The position numbers were made by a program, and so were the translations under genes. Source: an uncultured Acidobacteriota bacterium (GTDB taxonomy: Bacteria; Acidobacteriota; Thermoanaerobaculia; Multivoradales; SZUA-115). From it: 64,000 nt of DNA. Numbering within the stretch: position 1 is the stretch's first letter; every line of letters starts with the position of its first letter. Positions 27,739 through 38,088 of this stretch are shown here, piece by piece. The stretch is from assembly GCA_963805975.1 (NCBI GenBank), contig CAWDVR010000003.1:800001-864000 (forward strand), in the 5' to 3' direction. Below the pieces are notes generated by a model. It saw only the letters and a program-made list of their open reading frames with translations, had not been told where the DNA came from and did not search any database.

Positions 27739-30700
27739 GACCCATCGCGGCCTGAGGCGGTGGTTCGAGGGAGTGCTCCGCCACAAGGGATGGAGCGTGG
27801 CCCTCTCCCTCCTGCTGGGGGTCGCGGGAGGGCTCACCTTCTCGAGCCTGCGCCGGGACCTGTTCCCGGACCTGGCCCTGCCCACCATCCAGTTGCTGAT
27901 GCAGAGCCCCGGCCGCGCGCCCTCGGAGCTGGAGCTCGCCGTGGCCCAGCCCGTCGAGCAGGCGCTCAACGGCCTGCCCGGCGTACGGCGGGTCACCAGC
28001 ACCATCCAGGCCGGCGTGGTGCAGGTGATCGTCGCCTTCGAGAGCGGCGTCGATCCCTGGCGTTCGCGCCAGCTCGTGGCGGAGAAGCTCTCCGGCGTCG
28101 TGGGCGGCTTCCCCGAGGGCACCTCGGCGCCCCTGATGACCTCGGCCGCCGGGCGCCTGCAGGAGATCCAGGAGCTGGTGCTGCAGGGGCCGGTGGTGGA
28201 CCCGATGAAGCTGCGCGACCACGCGGTCAAGGTGCTCGTGCCGCGGCTGCAGTCGGTGCCCGGGGTGGCACGCATCGAGCTCCTGGGCGGCGAAGGGCGC
28301 CAGCTCCAGGTCTCGATCTCGCCCGAGCGCATGCGCCTCGCCGGGGTCTCCCTGGAGCAGATCATCGAAGCCCTCGAGGGCAGCGAGAAGGACTCTTCGG
28401 CAGGCGTTCTCGAGATCCGGGACAAGCAGTGGTACGTCACCGTCGGCACTCTGACCGAGACCCCCGAGGCGGCGCGGCGGCTCCCGGTCCACACGGCGCG
28501 CGGCCTGGTGGCGCTGGGGGACCTGGCCGAGGTGCGGGAGGCGCCCGAGTTCCGGCAGGGGCTCGCTCGCTACCAAGGGTTCGAGGCGGTGTCGATGCGG
28601 GTCATCAAGCAGCCCACGGCGGAGACCCTGGCGACGGCGGAGCGGGTGCGCCTGGCCTTGCCCGATCTGCGCAAGACCCTGCCGGAAGGCATGTCGCTCG
28701 ACCTCTTCTACGACCAGGGGCGCCTGGTCGAGCACGCCCTGGGCGGCGTGACGCAGGCGCTCCTGGTGGGCGCGATCTTCGTGGCGCTGGTGCTGGTGGT
28801 TCTGCTGGGCAGCCTGCGGGGCGCGCTGATCGTGCTCGTGGTGCTGCCCCTTGCCACGCTCGGCGCGGCGCTGCCGCTCAAGGCGCTCGGCCTGGGGCTC
28901 AACGCCATGACGCTCGGCGGGCTCGCCATCGCCGTGGGCCTGCTGGTGGATGCCGGGGTGATCATGGTGGAGAACCTTGTTCACCGGCTGCACGTTCTCG
29001 GGCCGGGCGCAACCCGATCCGCGGTCCTCGCTCGCGCGGCGGCGGAGGTGGCGGTGCCGATCGCCACTGCCGTGCTGGTGATCCTGGCGGTCTTCATTCC
29101 ACTGCTGGCCCTCGGCGGCGTGGCCGGGCGGCTCTATGCGCCGCTTTCCGTCTCCGTGGCGTCGGCGATGGCGATCTCGCTCGTCCTCTCGTTCACCCTG
29201 GTGCCGGTGCTGGTGGATCGGTTCCTGCCGCCGGGCACGCGGCTCGACGAGCCGCGCCTGGTGCGGGGGATCAAGAAGCTCTATCGGCCGGTGCTCGACC
29301 TGGTGCTGCGCCACGGGCTGGCGGCCCAGCTCATCGCCCTGGCCGTGGCGCTGCCCGCCCTCCTGCTGGCCGCTCGCCTGGGCTCGAACTTCCTCCCGGC
29401 GCTGGACGAGGGAGCGCTCATGGCCCAGACGCTCCTCACCTCGGACGCCAGCCTGCCGGCGATCGACGCGGCGAACGGACAGTTCGAGGAAGCGATCGCC
29501 AAGGTCCCCGGGGTCCGCGCCTCCTACCGCCGCACCGGCCGCGGCGAGGTGACGGAAGACCCGATGCCCACCTACCTGTCGGACATTCTCATCGTCCTCG
29601 AAGAGGGCGCGGAGCCGGGCGAGGTGGAACGAGAGCTGGTGGAGATCGGCGAGCACATGCCGTTCGCCGTCGAGCTGACGACGCCGATGAACATGCGCAT
29701 CTCGGAGGGCATCGGCGGCACGCCCGCGGACATCCAGGTCGAGCTCTTCAACCCGGACCTCGACGCGATCGCGCCGCGCATGACCGCCCTTCAAGAACAG
29801 ATCTCCGAGGTACCCGGCGTGGTGAGCGTGACCCCGGACACCGGGGCGTCGCTCCCCCGCTGGCGCCTCATCCCCGACGACGACGCCCTGCGCCTGCTCG
29901 ACGTGCCGCGCCCGGCGCTCCTGCGCACGGTGCAGGCGGCCCTCCAGGGCATCCCGCTCGAGCCGCGCTTCGACGGGCCGCAGCGCATAGAGCGCGCCGT
30001 GCGCTTTCCGAACGACGGCCGGCTCACCGCCGAGTCCATCAAGCGGCTGCCGATCGTGGTCGAGGAGGGGCGCATCGTCGAGGTCGGCCAGGTGTCGCGG
30101 CTGGTGGAAGAGACGATGCCGTCGATGATCCGGCGCAAGAACGGCCAGCGCCGGCTGGGCTTCAACGTCCGGACGGCGGGTGACCTGGGAGGGACGGCGC
30201 GCCGGCTGGAACAGGCGCTGGCCGGCATCGAGCTGCCGCCGGGGACCTCGGTGGCGCTGGCGGGCAAGATCGAGGAGGCGCGAGAGACCCAACGCCGGCT
30301 GCTCGCCGCGAGCGCCGTGGCGCTGGCGCTGGTGGTCTTCCTGCTGTTCCTGGCCCTCGGCCGCGTGCGCGAGGTCCTGGTGGTGGTGGGAACGCTGCCG
30401 CTCGCCTTCGCGGGCGGCCTCTACGCGCTCTGGCTGGCGGGGGAGACCTGGAACGCCAGCTCGATCGTCGGCATCATCGGCCTCTTCGGCGTGGCCGTCC
30501 AGAACAGCCTGGTGCTGATCTCCCAGACCCAGTCGCTGCTGGCCCAAGGTATGCCGTTCCGCGAAGCGCTGCGGGAAGCCTCCCTCGGCCGCGTGCGGCC
30601 CAAGCTGATGACCGCCGGCGCGGCGATCCTCGGCTTGGCCCCCATGCTGCTCGGCTTCGGCGGCTCCGAGCTCGAACGGCCGCTCGCGGTGGTGATGATC

Positions 30701-30790
30701 GGGGGCCTCGTCACCTCGACGCTCTTCACCTTGCTCGTGCTGCCCTCCGTTTACGCGAAGTTTGGCCAGGGGAGCGAGGCCTCGCCATGA
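27728..30790 (+). CDS. CusA/CzcA-family heavy-metal RND permease
   Basis: DLFPDL, NAMTLGGLAIAVGLLVDAGVIMVEN, FLPALDEG, RVRPKLMT, PLAVVMIGGL. Confidence 0.94.
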   Translation: MTTETHRGLRRWFEGVLRHKGWSVALSLLLGVAGGLTFSSLRRDLFPDLALPTIQLLMQSPGRAPSELELAVAQPVEQALNGLPGVRRVTSTIQAGVVQVIVAFESGVDPWRSRQLVAEKLSGVVGGFPEGTSAPLMTSAAGRLQEIQELVLQGPVVDPMKLRDHAVKVLVPRLQSVPGVARIELLGGEGRQLQVSISPERMRLAGVSLEQIIEALEGSEKDSSAGVLEIRDKQWYVTVGTLTETPEAARRLPVHTARGLVALGDLAEVREAPEFRQGLARYQGFEAVSMRVIKQPTAETLATAERVRLALPDLRKTLPEGMSLDLFYDQGRLVEHALGGVTQALLVGAIFVALVLVVLLGSLRGALIVLVVLPLATLGAALPLKALGLGLNAMTLGGLAIAVGLLVDAGVIMVENLVHRLHVLGPGATRSAVLARAAAEVAVPIATAVLVILAVFIPLLALGGVAGRLYAPLSVSVASAMAISLVLSFTLVPVLVDRFLPPGTRLDEPRLVRGIKKLYRPVLDLVLRHGLAAQLIALAVALPALLLAARLGSNFLPALDEGALMAQTLLTSDASLPAIDAANGQFEEAIAKVPGVRASYRRTGRGEVTEDPMPTYLSDILIVLEEGAEPGEVERELVEIGEHMPFAVELTTPMNMRISEGIGGTPADIQVELFNPDLDAIAPRMTALQEQISEVPGVVSVTPDTGASLPRWRLIPDDDALRLLDVPRPALLRTVQAALQGIPLEPRFDGPQRIERAVRFPNDGRLTAESIKRLPIVVEEGRIVEVGQVSRLVEETMPSMIRRKNGQRRLGFNVRTAGDLGGTARRLEQALAGIELPPGTSVALAGKIEEARETQRRLLAASAVALALVVFLLFLALGRVREVLVVVGTLPLAFAGGLYALWLAGETWNASSIVGIIGLFGVAVQNSLVLISQTQSLLAQGMPFREALREASLGRVRPKLMTAGAAILGLAPMLLGFGGSELERPLAVVMIGGLVTSTLFTLLVLPSVYAKFGQGSEASP

Positions 30791-32955
30791 GCGAGCGGCT
30801 GGCGTTCAAGATCCGCGGCATGGACTGCGCGGAGGAGATCGCCATCCTGAAGCGCGAGGTTGGGCCGCTGGTCGGCGGCGACGAGCATCTGGGCTTCGAC
30901 CTGCTCAAGGCGAAGATGACGGTCGCACCGCCGGCCGGCGGGCTCGACCCGCGGGAGATCGTGCGCGCGGTCGAGCGCACCGGGATGGGAGCCCAGGTAT
31001 GGGAGGACGCCGCCGCGCGCCTGGAGCCCGAGCGGTTCTGGCAACGCCGCGGCCGCACCGTGCTCACGGCGGCGAGCGGCGCCGCGGCGCTGGCCGGTTT
31101 CGTCACCCACGCCGCGCTGGCGGGCGGCATCGCCGCGGCGCTGGGCTCCGAAGGCCTGGGCCTTGCCGCCTGGGTGCCGCCCGTGTCACGCGCCCTGTAC
31201 ACGGTGGCGATCCTCACCGGCGCCTGGTTCGTCCTGCCCAAGGCCTGGTTCGCGCTCCGGCGCCTGCGGCCGGACATGAACCTGCTGATGACCCTCGCCG
31301 TGGTCGGCGCCGTCGCCATCGGCGAGTGGTTCGAGGCGGCCACCGTCTCCTTTCTCTTCAGCCTGTCGCTGGCTCTCGAGGCCTGGAGCGTGGCCCGGGC
31401 CCGGCGCGCGGTGGAGGCCCTGCTGGACCTGACGCCCCAGACGGCGCGGGTGCGGCAGCCCGACGGCCACGAGCTGGAGCTGCCGGCGGAAGCGGTGGCC
31501 GTCGGTTCCCGGCTGATCGTCAAGCCCGGCGAGCGCATCCCGCTCGACGGAAGGGTGGTCGCCGGTGCGAGCGCCGTCAACCAGGCGCCGATCACGGGCG
31601 AGAGCCTGCCCGTGGCCAAAGCTCCCGGTGACGAGGTCTTCGCCGGCACCATCAACGGCGACGGCGCCTTGGACCTTACGACCACCCGCGGGGCCGAGGA
31701 CACCACGCTCGCTCACATGATCCGCCTGGTCGACGAGGCGCAGTCGCGCCGCGCACCTTCGGAGCAGTGGGTGGAGCGCTTCGCGCGCGTCTACACCCCC
31801 GCGGTGATGGTCCTTGCCGTGGCGCTGCTGCTGATCCCGCCCCTGGTGCTCGGAGCTGCCTGGAGCGACTGGATCTATCGTGCCCTCGTCCTGCTGGTCA
31901 TCGCCTGTCCCTGTGCGCTGGTGATCTCGACGCCGGTGAGCGTGGTCGCGGCCCTGGCCGCCGCCGCGCGCCACGGCGTGCTGGTCAAGGGCGGTCTGTT
32001 CATCGAGGTGCCGGCCCGGCTCCGCGCCGTGGCGCTCGACAAGACCGGCACCTTGACCCAGGGGCGCCCGGCCGTGGTCGAGGTCGTGCCGCTCGCCGGG
32101 CACGACGAGCGGGAGCTGCTCGAGAGGGCCGCCGCCCTCGAAGCCAGGAGCGAGCACCCTCTGGCCCGCGCCATCCTCGCCTACGCCAGGGAGCGGGGAG
32201 TGGAGATGACGCCGGCGGAGGACTTCCGGATTCTCCAGGGCAAGGGTGCCACCGGCCGCTTCGACGGCCAGGAGTACTGGCTGGGCTCGCACCGCTACCT
32301 GGAGGAGCGGGGGCAGGAGACCGCGGAGGTCCACCAGCGGCTCGAAGCGATGTCCGGGGCCGGCCGCACGGCGGTGGTGGTCGGCACGGCAGGCCACGTC
32401 TGCGGCCTGATCGCGGTGGCCGATGCGGTGCGGCCGGAGGCGGCGAAAGCCGTGGCGGCGCTCAGGGCGGCTGGCATCCGCACCGTCGTCATGCTGACCG
32501 GAGACAATCGGGGCACCGCCGAAGCCATCGGCCGCGAGACCGGCGTCGACGAGGTCGAGGCCGAGCTCCTGCCGGCCGACAAGGTGGCCGCCATCGACCG
32601 CCTGCTGGCGCGCTACGGCCAGGTGGCGATGATCGGCGACGGCGTCAACGACGCGCCGGCGATGGCGCGGGCCACGCTCTCGGTGGCGATGGGCGCGGCC
32701 GGAAGCGACGCCGCCATCGAGACCGCCGACGTCGCCCTGATGTCCGACGACCTCTCGAAGCTCGCCTGGCTCGTCGGTCATTCGCGCCGGGCGGTGGCGA
32801 TCATCCGCCAGAACATCGGCTTTTCGCTGGCGGTCAAGGCGGTCTTCGTCCTGCTGACCTTCGCCGGCCACGCTTCCCTCTGGGCAGCCATCGCGGCCGA
32901 CATGGGTGCCTCGCTCCTGGTGATCGGCAACGGCCTGCGGCTGCTGCGGCGCTGA
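30787..32955 (+). CDS. Heavy-metal translocating P1B-type ATPase (Zn/Cd/Pb, CadA/ZntA-like)
   Basis: GMDCAEE, TGES, CPCALVISTP, DKTGT, SEHPL, GDGVNDAPA, ADMG. Confidence 0.95.
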   Translation: MSERLAFKIRGMDCAEEIAILKREVGPLVGGDEHLGFDLLKAKMTVAPPAGGLDPREIVRAVERTGMGAQVWEDAAARLEPERFWQRRGRTVLTAASGAAALAGFVTHAALAGGIAAALGSEGLGLAAWVPPVSRALYTVAILTGAWFVLPKAWFALRRLRPDMNLLMTLAVVGAVAIGEWFEAATVSFLFSLSLALEAWSVARARRAVEALLDLTPQTARVRQPDGHELELPAEAVAVGSRLIVKPGERIPLDGRVVAGASAVNQAPITGESLPVAKAPGDEVFAGTINGDGALDLTTTRGAEDTTLAHMIRLVDEAQSRRAPSEQWVERFARVYTPAVMVLAVALLLIPPLVLGAAWSDWIYRALVLLVIACPCALVISTPVSVVAALAAAARHGVLVKGGLFIEVPARLRAVALDKTGTLTQGRPAVVEVVPLAGHDERELLERAAALEARSEHPLARAILAYARERGVEMTPAEDFRILQGKGATGRFDGQEYWLGSHRYLEERGQETAEVHQRLEAMSGAGRTAVVVGTAGHVCGLIAVADAVRPEAAKAVAALRAAGIRTVVMLTGDNRGTAEAIGRETGVDEVEAELLPADKVAAIDRLLARYGQVAMIGDGVNDAPAMARATLSVAMGAAGSDAAIETADVALMSDDLSKLAWLVGHSRRAVAIIRQNIGFSLAVKAVFVLLTFAGHASLWAAIAADMGASLLVIGNGLRLLRR

Positions 32956-33070
32956 GCCTTTGTATCTCGGCCAGGCTTGCAGACCATCGCGTGCTCATGC
33001 CAGGATTCTCTCTCCATGAGGAATGCGCATGGGCTCATGCGCTCCTCGTCATTTCGAAAGGAGACTGGTG

Positions 33071-33343
33071 ATGAAGAACCGCGTGCTGATCAGCCTGGTG
33101 TTCGTGGCCGTCCTGATCGCCTCGATCTACGCCGTGCCGGAGCCGGTGCAGGCGCAGTCCGGCTGGGTGTTCTGGGGCTGCTGGTCGCCCTACCCGAGCT
33201 GCTCGTTCGCCTACGACATCTACCGCGATCCCCAGGGCCGCTACTGGCGCTGCGGCAACTGCGGCACCACCACCAACCCCAGCCCCTCGACCTGCAAGCA
33301 GGTGAGCTCCTCGATCGAGAACATTGGATATTGGTGCTCGTAG
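33071..33343 (+). CDS. Small secreted 6-Cys, Trp/Tyr-rich protein
   Basis: RBS AAGGAG; signal peptide ending VQA; strongly GC3-biased codons. Confidence 0.75.
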   Translation: MKNRVLISLVFVAVLIASIYAVPEPVQAQSGWVFWGCWSPYPSCSFAYDIYRDPQGRYWRCGNCGTTTNPSPSTCKQVSSSIENIGYWCS

Positions 33344-33348
33344 GGGAA

Positions 33349-33429
33349 AAGCGAGGGTGCCTCGCCTGCTGCGGTGCTCGAGCTCCCTCCGGGCGGCCTG
33401 CGCTCCTCGCAGGCGAGGCACCCTCGCTT
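33349..33429. repeat. 21-bp perfect inverted repeat (REP-like or terminator)
   Basis: AAGCGAGGGTGCCTCGCCTGC (33349-69) / GCAGGCGAGGCACCCTCGCTT (33409-29). Confidence 0.8.
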
Positions 33430-33513
33430 CGTAGTGTGAGGGCGCGTTCGCCAAGCTGAAAAGAAGCCCAAGTCCTCATCCGGTCCCCTCTCCCGCTGGC
33501 GGGCCTCTTTGCT

Positions 33514-33588
33514 CGTCATCCCCGCGAAAGCGGGGATCCATCTGGGTCTCGTCGCCCGCCCTGGATCCCCGCTTTCGCGGGGATGACG
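33514..33588. repeat. REP-like palindrome doublet (GTCAT.CCCGCGAA.GCGGG.ATCCA type)
   Basis: 27-bp perfect inverted arms at 33514-40 and 33562-88; each arm is itself a hairpin. Confidence 0.85.
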
Positions 33589-33642
33589 TCAGGAAGAGAA
33601 GAGCTCGATTGGAGGACAGTCGCTACGTGAACAGTATTAAGG

Positions 33643-35640
33643 CTAGGGTGAGGGCGCCTTCCCGCTCCCCACCGTCCGCCGCAGGAACTCGATGAACACC
33701 GCCTGCATGTAGTCCGTGTTGCTCTTCTTGCGGAAGCCGTGGCCCTCGTCGGCGGCCACCACGTACCACACCGGGGTCCCTCGCGCCTCGAGCGCCGCCA
33801 CGATCTGGTCCGACTCGGACTTCGGCACCCGCGGGTCGTTGGCGCCCTGCGCCACCAGCAGCGGCTTGTTGATGCGCTCCACCCGCGTGGCGGGGGAGAT
33901 CTCGGTCAGGAAGCGGCGCATCTCCGGGTCGCGCTCGTCGCCGTACTCCACCCGCCGCAGGTCGCGCCGGTAGTCCTCGGTGTTGGTGAGGAAGGTCACG
34001 AAGTTGCTGATCCCCACCGAGTCGTAGCCCCCGGCCAGCCGTTCGCCGTAGAGGGTGAGCGCGGCGAGCGTCATGTAGCCGCCGTAGGAGCCGCCCGCGA
34101 CCACCACCCGCGAGCTGTCGAGGTCCGGCTGGGTGGCGATCCAGTCGAGGAGAGCGCCCAGGTCGCGCACCGAGTCCTCGCGCTTCCTGCCGTCGTCGAG
34201 CGCCAGGTAGGCGCGGCCGTAGCCCGTCGAGCCGCGCACGTTGGGCTGCACCACCGCGATGCCCAGCTCGTTGACCATGAAGTTGAAGCTGGCGAGGAAG
34301 CTCGGGCGCGCCTGCCCCTCGGGCCCGCCGTGGATCGAGATCAGGACCGGCCGCCGGCCGGGGTGGAGCCCCGGGTCCGGGCGGTGGACGAAGGCCGGGA
34401 TGGTGCGCGGCGCGCCGGAGATCAGGCGGTCGAAGGTGGGAAAACGCACCAGCTCGGGCAGCACGAAGGTCGCGGCGTCGAGCCCGCCGATCTCGCTCGT
34501 GGTCCAGCGCTCGAGCTTGGCCGTGCCGGGATCGAAGCTGTAGACGTCGGTGGGAGAGCGCGCCCAGGAGAGGGTGAAGGCCACCTCGTGCGAGCCGGGC
34601 CGGAAGCTCGGTGGGCCGCCGACGCCGAGCGGCAGCTCGGGTGCCGACAGCTCGCGGCCGGTGGCAGTGTCCAGGAGGTGCGGGCGGCTGGCGCCGTCCT
34701 CGTTGGTGAAGAAGGCGAGGATCTTGCCGTCGTCCGACAGGTCGAGGTTCTCGACGTCCCAGTCGATGGCGGCGGAGAGCGTGGTCCAGCGGCCGGTCGC
34801 GAGGTCCAGGCGGGCGAGGCGCCGCAGGTCGCCGCCGCGGTTGGTGGCGGCGTAGACCGCGCGGCCGTCCGCCGACCAGCGAAGCGACGTGTAGGAGGCC
34901 GGCCCGTCGCTCTCCGGCACCAGGCGCGTCAGGCCGCCGGTCGCGAGATCGAGCGCGTGGGGCCAGGACTCATCGGCCGACACGAAGTGGAAGATCAGCA
35001 GGCGCCGGCCGTCCGTCGCCCAGTCGGCGATCTGCCAGGAGCCCTCGAGCTCGGCGGCGCGCCGCTCGCCGCCGGCGGTGTCGTCGGGCCGCTGCACGTA
35101 GACGTCGGTGTCGCGGCCGTTCCGGGCGTTGCTGGTGTAGGCGAGAGTGCTGCCGTCGGCCGACCAGAACAGGTTCTCGTAGCGATGTGTGCCGTCGGAC
35201 AAACGCCGCGTGCGGCCGTTCGTGCGGTCGAGAAGGTAGACCTGGAAATTCTCGTCACCACCGGTGTCGCGCCGGAGGGCGATCTCGTGCGGCCTGCCGG
35301 GACGGTATTTCGCTTCCGCCACCGGATCGCGGAAGAAGGTGAGCTGGCTGCGGTCGCCGCCCGGGAAGGCCACCTCGTGGAGCTGCCGGCTCTCCGCGAA
35401 GCGGGTGCCGATCAGCATCCGGCGCTCCGTCGGGTGCCAGGCCTCGAAGCGCGCCGCCCGCGAGCTCTGGTAGGGCTCGACGCCTTCGAGCGAGGCCGGG
35501 TCGATAGGCGGCACGTGGCGTGCGGTGATCGCCGCCGGCACCGGCAGCGCGGCGGCGGGGCCCGGCGCCTGGCCCTGGGCGGAATGTGGTTCTGCGGCGA
35601 GAAAGAGCAGGGCGGTCGAGACGGCGAGGGGCTTCCACAT
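33643..35640 (-). CDS. S9 family (prolyl oligopeptidase-like) peptidase
   Basis: Signal peptide, beta-propeller, IHGGPE, NVRGSTGYG, GGSYGG, NDPRVP, DEGHGF. Confidence 0.93.
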   Translation of the reverse strand: MWKPLAVSTALLFLAAEPHSAQGQAPGPAAALPVPAAITARHVPPIDPASLEGVEPYQSSRAARFEAWHPTERRMLIGTRFAESRQLHEVAFPGGDRSQLTFFRDPVAEAKYRPGRPHEIALRRDTGGDENFQVYLLDRTNGRTRRLSDGTHRYENLFWSADGSTLAYTSNARNGRDTDVYVQRPDDTAGGERRAAELEGSWQIADWATDGRRLLIFHFVSADESWPHALDLATGGLTRLVPESDGPASYTSLRWSADGRAVYAATNRGGDLRRLARLDLATGRWTTLSAAIDWDVENLDLSDDGKILAFFTNEDGASRPHLLDTATGRELSAPELPLGVGGPPSFRPGSHEVAFTLSWARSPTDVYSFDPGTAKLERWTTSEIGGLDAATFVLPELVRFPTFDRLISGAPRTIPAFVHRPDPGLHPGRRPVLISIHGGPEGQARPSFLASFNFMVNELGIAVVQPNVRGSTGYGRAYLALDDGRKREDSVRDLGALLDWIATQPDLDSSRVVVAGGSYGGYMTLAALTLYGERLAGGYDSVGISNFVTFLTNTEDYRRDLRRVEYGDERDPEMRRFLTEISPATRVERINKPLLVAQGANDPRVPKSESDQIVAALEARGTPVWYVVAADEGHGFRKKSNTDYMQAVFIEFLRRTVGSGKAPSP

Positions 35641-35694
35641 GCGACCGATCCTACCCGCTACGGTCGCGCGCTCGTACGGTAAGCTCCCGCCGCC

Positions 35695-37431
35695 GTGCTC
35701 CGCGAGCTCCACGTCAAGAACATCGCCGTCGTCGCCGAGGCCACGGTCGAGCTGGGCCCGGGCCTGAACGCCCTGACCGGCGAGACCGGCGCCGGCAAGT
35801 CGATCGTCGTCGATTCGCTCGCGCTCCTGGCCGGCGCCCGCGCCTCGGCCGAGCTGGTGCGCACCGGCGCCGAGAGCCTGACCGTCACCGGCGTCTTCGT
35901 GCCCGCGGGGGAAGCCTGGCGCGGCGTGCTCGAGGAGGCGGGCCTCGAGGCCGAGGGCGGCGAGCTCCTGGTGCGGCGCGAGATCGCGCGGAGCGGCAGG
36001 AACCGCGTCTTCGTCAACGACCAGCCGGCCACGGCGCGGCTGCTCGCGGACCTGGCGCCGCTCCTGCTGCGCATCCACGGCCAGCGCGACGAGCTGGGCC
36101 TCGCGACCCCGGACCTGCAGCGCGAGTGGCTGGATCTCTCGGGTGGCGGCGCTGCCGCGGAGCTCACCGCGCGCGTTGCCGCGGCCTTCGACAAGCACGC
36201 CCGCCTGGCGGCGCGGCTCGAGCGCCTGACCGGCGACGAGCGGGCGCGGCGCGACCGGCTCGAGCTGCTGCGGCGGGAGGCCCGCGAGATCGACGCCGCG
36301 CACCTCGAAGCGGGCGAGGAGGAGGGGCTCCGCGTCGAGCGCGACGGCCTGCGCCACCGCGAGGCGATCCTCGCCGCGGCCAGCGGCGCTTTTTCCCTGC
36401 TGATCGACGACGAGGACGCCGCGGCGCCGCGCGTGGCCCGGGCCCAGGGCCTCCTGGGCGAGCTCGGGGAGCTGGTTCCCGCGGCCCGTGAATGGGCGGC
36501 GGCGCTCGACGGGGCCCGCATCCAGCTCGAAGAGGTCGGCCGCGAGCTCTCGGCGCGCCTCGACGATGCCGAGGCCGAGCCCGGCCGGCTCGACGCGGTC
36601 GAGGAACGGCTGGCCCTGGTCGAGCGGCTGGGCCGCCGCTTCGCCGGCGCCGGGGCGCCGCTCACCACGGGCCAGCTCCTCGCTCTGCGCCAGGAGCTGG
36701 CCAGCGAGGTGGAGGAGCTCTCGGGCGACGCCCTCGGGCAGGACGAGCTCGCGGCGCTGGCCGCCGAGGCCCTGGAGGAGTACCGGCGGGCGGCGCTCGA
36801 GCTGTCGGCCGCGCGCGCCGCCTGGGGCGAGGCCCTGGCCCGGCGCATCGAGGCCGAGCTCGTGGATCTCGGGCTCGCCAAGGCCCGGCTCGCAGTGCGC
36901 CTCGCGCGGCGCAAGAAGAACGACAGCCCGCTCGTCCTCGCCGGCGAGCCGGTGGAGGTCGGGCGCTCGGGGGTCGATCACGTGGTCTTCGAGCTCGCCG
37001 CCAACCCCGGCGAGGAGCTGGGCCCGCTCTCGCGCCTGGCCTCCGGCGGCGAGCTGGCGCGCATCTATCTCGCCTTGCAGCTCGCGGTCGGCGCGGGCGA
37101 GGGTGGGCCGGCGCCGACCCTGGTCTTCGACGAGGTGGACGTCGGCGTGGGCGGCGCGCAGGCGGCGGCCCTCGGCCGGAAGCTCCAGCGGCTGGGCGCC
37201 GGCGGCCAGATCCTGGTGGTCACGCACCTGGCGCAGGTGGCGAGCCACGCCGACCGCCACTACCGGGTGTCGAAGAAGGAGCGCGGCGGGCGGACCTTCA
37301 CGCAGGTGGCGCCGCTGTCGGAGAAGGAGAGAGTGGAGGAGACCGCCCGCATGCTCGCCGGCAGCCGCGTCACCGACCTCTCGCGCTCGCACGCGAGCGA
37401 GCTCCTGGCGGGCTCGGCGCGGCGGCGATGA
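35695..37431 (+). CDS. recN: DNA repair protein RecN
   Basis: TGETGAGKS, IHGQ, ASGGELAR, FDEVDVGVGG, VTHLAQVA. Confidence 0.97.
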   Translation: MLRELHVKNIAVVAEATVELGPGLNALTGETGAGKSIVVDSLALLAGARASAELVRTGAESLTVTGVFVPAGEAWRGVLEEAGLEAEGGELLVRREIARSGRNRVFVNDQPATARLLADLAPLLLRIHGQRDELGLATPDLQREWLDLSGGGAAAELTARVAAAFDKHARLAARLERLTGDERARRDRLELLRREAREIDAAHLEAGEEEGLRVERDGLRHREAILAAASGAFSLLIDDEDAAAPRVARAQGLLGELGELVPAAREWAAALDGARIQLEEVGRELSARLDDAEAEPGRLDAVEERLALVERLGRRFAGAGAPLTTGQLLALRQELASEVEELSGDALGQDELAALAAEALEEYRRAALELSAARAAWGEALARRIEAELVDLGLAKARLAVRLARRKKNDSPLVLAGEPVEVGRSGVDHVVFELAANPGEELGPLSRLASGGELARIYLALQLAVGAGEGGPAPTLVFDEVDVGVGGAQAAALGRKLQRLGAGGQILVVTHLAQVASHADRHYRVSKKERGGRTFTQVAPLSEKERVEETARMLAGSRVTDLSRSHASELLAGSARRR

Positions 37432-38033
37432 ACCCGTCTCCCGCCCCGTTCTGGCGGCCGGGCGAGCCCCTGGCGCCGCTCGCCGCGCTGGTGGCGCGGG
37501 GTGGTATCCTCGCCTTCCCGACCGAGTCCAGCTACGGGCTGGGCGTCGATCCGCGCAGCACCGTCGGGGTCGCGGCGATCTATCGGCTGAAGAGCCGCGA
37601 AGCGGGGAAGCCGTTGCCGGTGGTGATCGCCGACCTCTCTCATCTCCCCCTCCTGGGGATCGACCCTGACAACCCGGTGGTGACGCGGCTCGCCGCGCTC
37701 TGGCCGGCGCCCCTCTCCTGCCTGCTGCCGAGCCGCCTGGATCTGCCCGCTGCCGCGGGAGCCCCCACGCTCGCCGTACGCGTGCCGGCGCACCGGCCGC
37801 TCCGCGAGCTGCTCGCCGGCCTCGGCACGCCGCTCACCGCCACCAGCGCCAACCGGAGCGGCGAGGAGCCGATCCTCGCTCCGGACGGCGCCGCGTCCCT
37901 GCTGGCAGGCTGGGACGCACTGGTGATGGACGGCGGCAGGCTCGCCGGCGGGCCGCCGTCGACCCTGGTGGAGCCGGCGCCGGAGGGTGGCTTCACCGTT
38001 CTCCGCCCCGGCCGCTTCCAGCTCAGCTCGTGA
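37428..38033 (+). CDS. tsaC: L-threonylcarbamoyladenylate synthase (YrdC/Sua5 family)
   Basis: FPTESSYGL, K.R..KPL, AVRVP, ATSANRSG, PSTLV; ATGA overlap with recN. Confidence 0.9.
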   Translation: MNPSPAPFWRPGEPLAPLAALVARGGILAFPTESSYGLGVDPRSTVGVAAIYRLKSREAGKPLPVVIADLSHLPLLGIDPDNPVVTRLAALWPAPLSCLLPSRLDLPAAAGAPTLAVRVPAHRPLRELLAGLGTPLTATSANRSGEEPILAPDGAASLLAGWDALVMDGGRLAGGPPSTLVEPAPEGGFTVLRPGRFQLSS

Positions 38034-38088
38034 GCCCACTCCCATCTCGCCCTTGCTCCCCACCGCGCGCACAACTTTGGAGTCCCCC

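Noticed and set aside
30814-30837. GMDCAEE instead of GMxCxxC in the P-type ATPase
   Set aside because: Recognised variant among Zn/Cd-type ATPases; core motifs are intact
33643-37392. Apparent 1249-aa S9 peptidase fusion
   Set aside because: The N-terminal part is antisense to recN; the signal peptide starts at 35640
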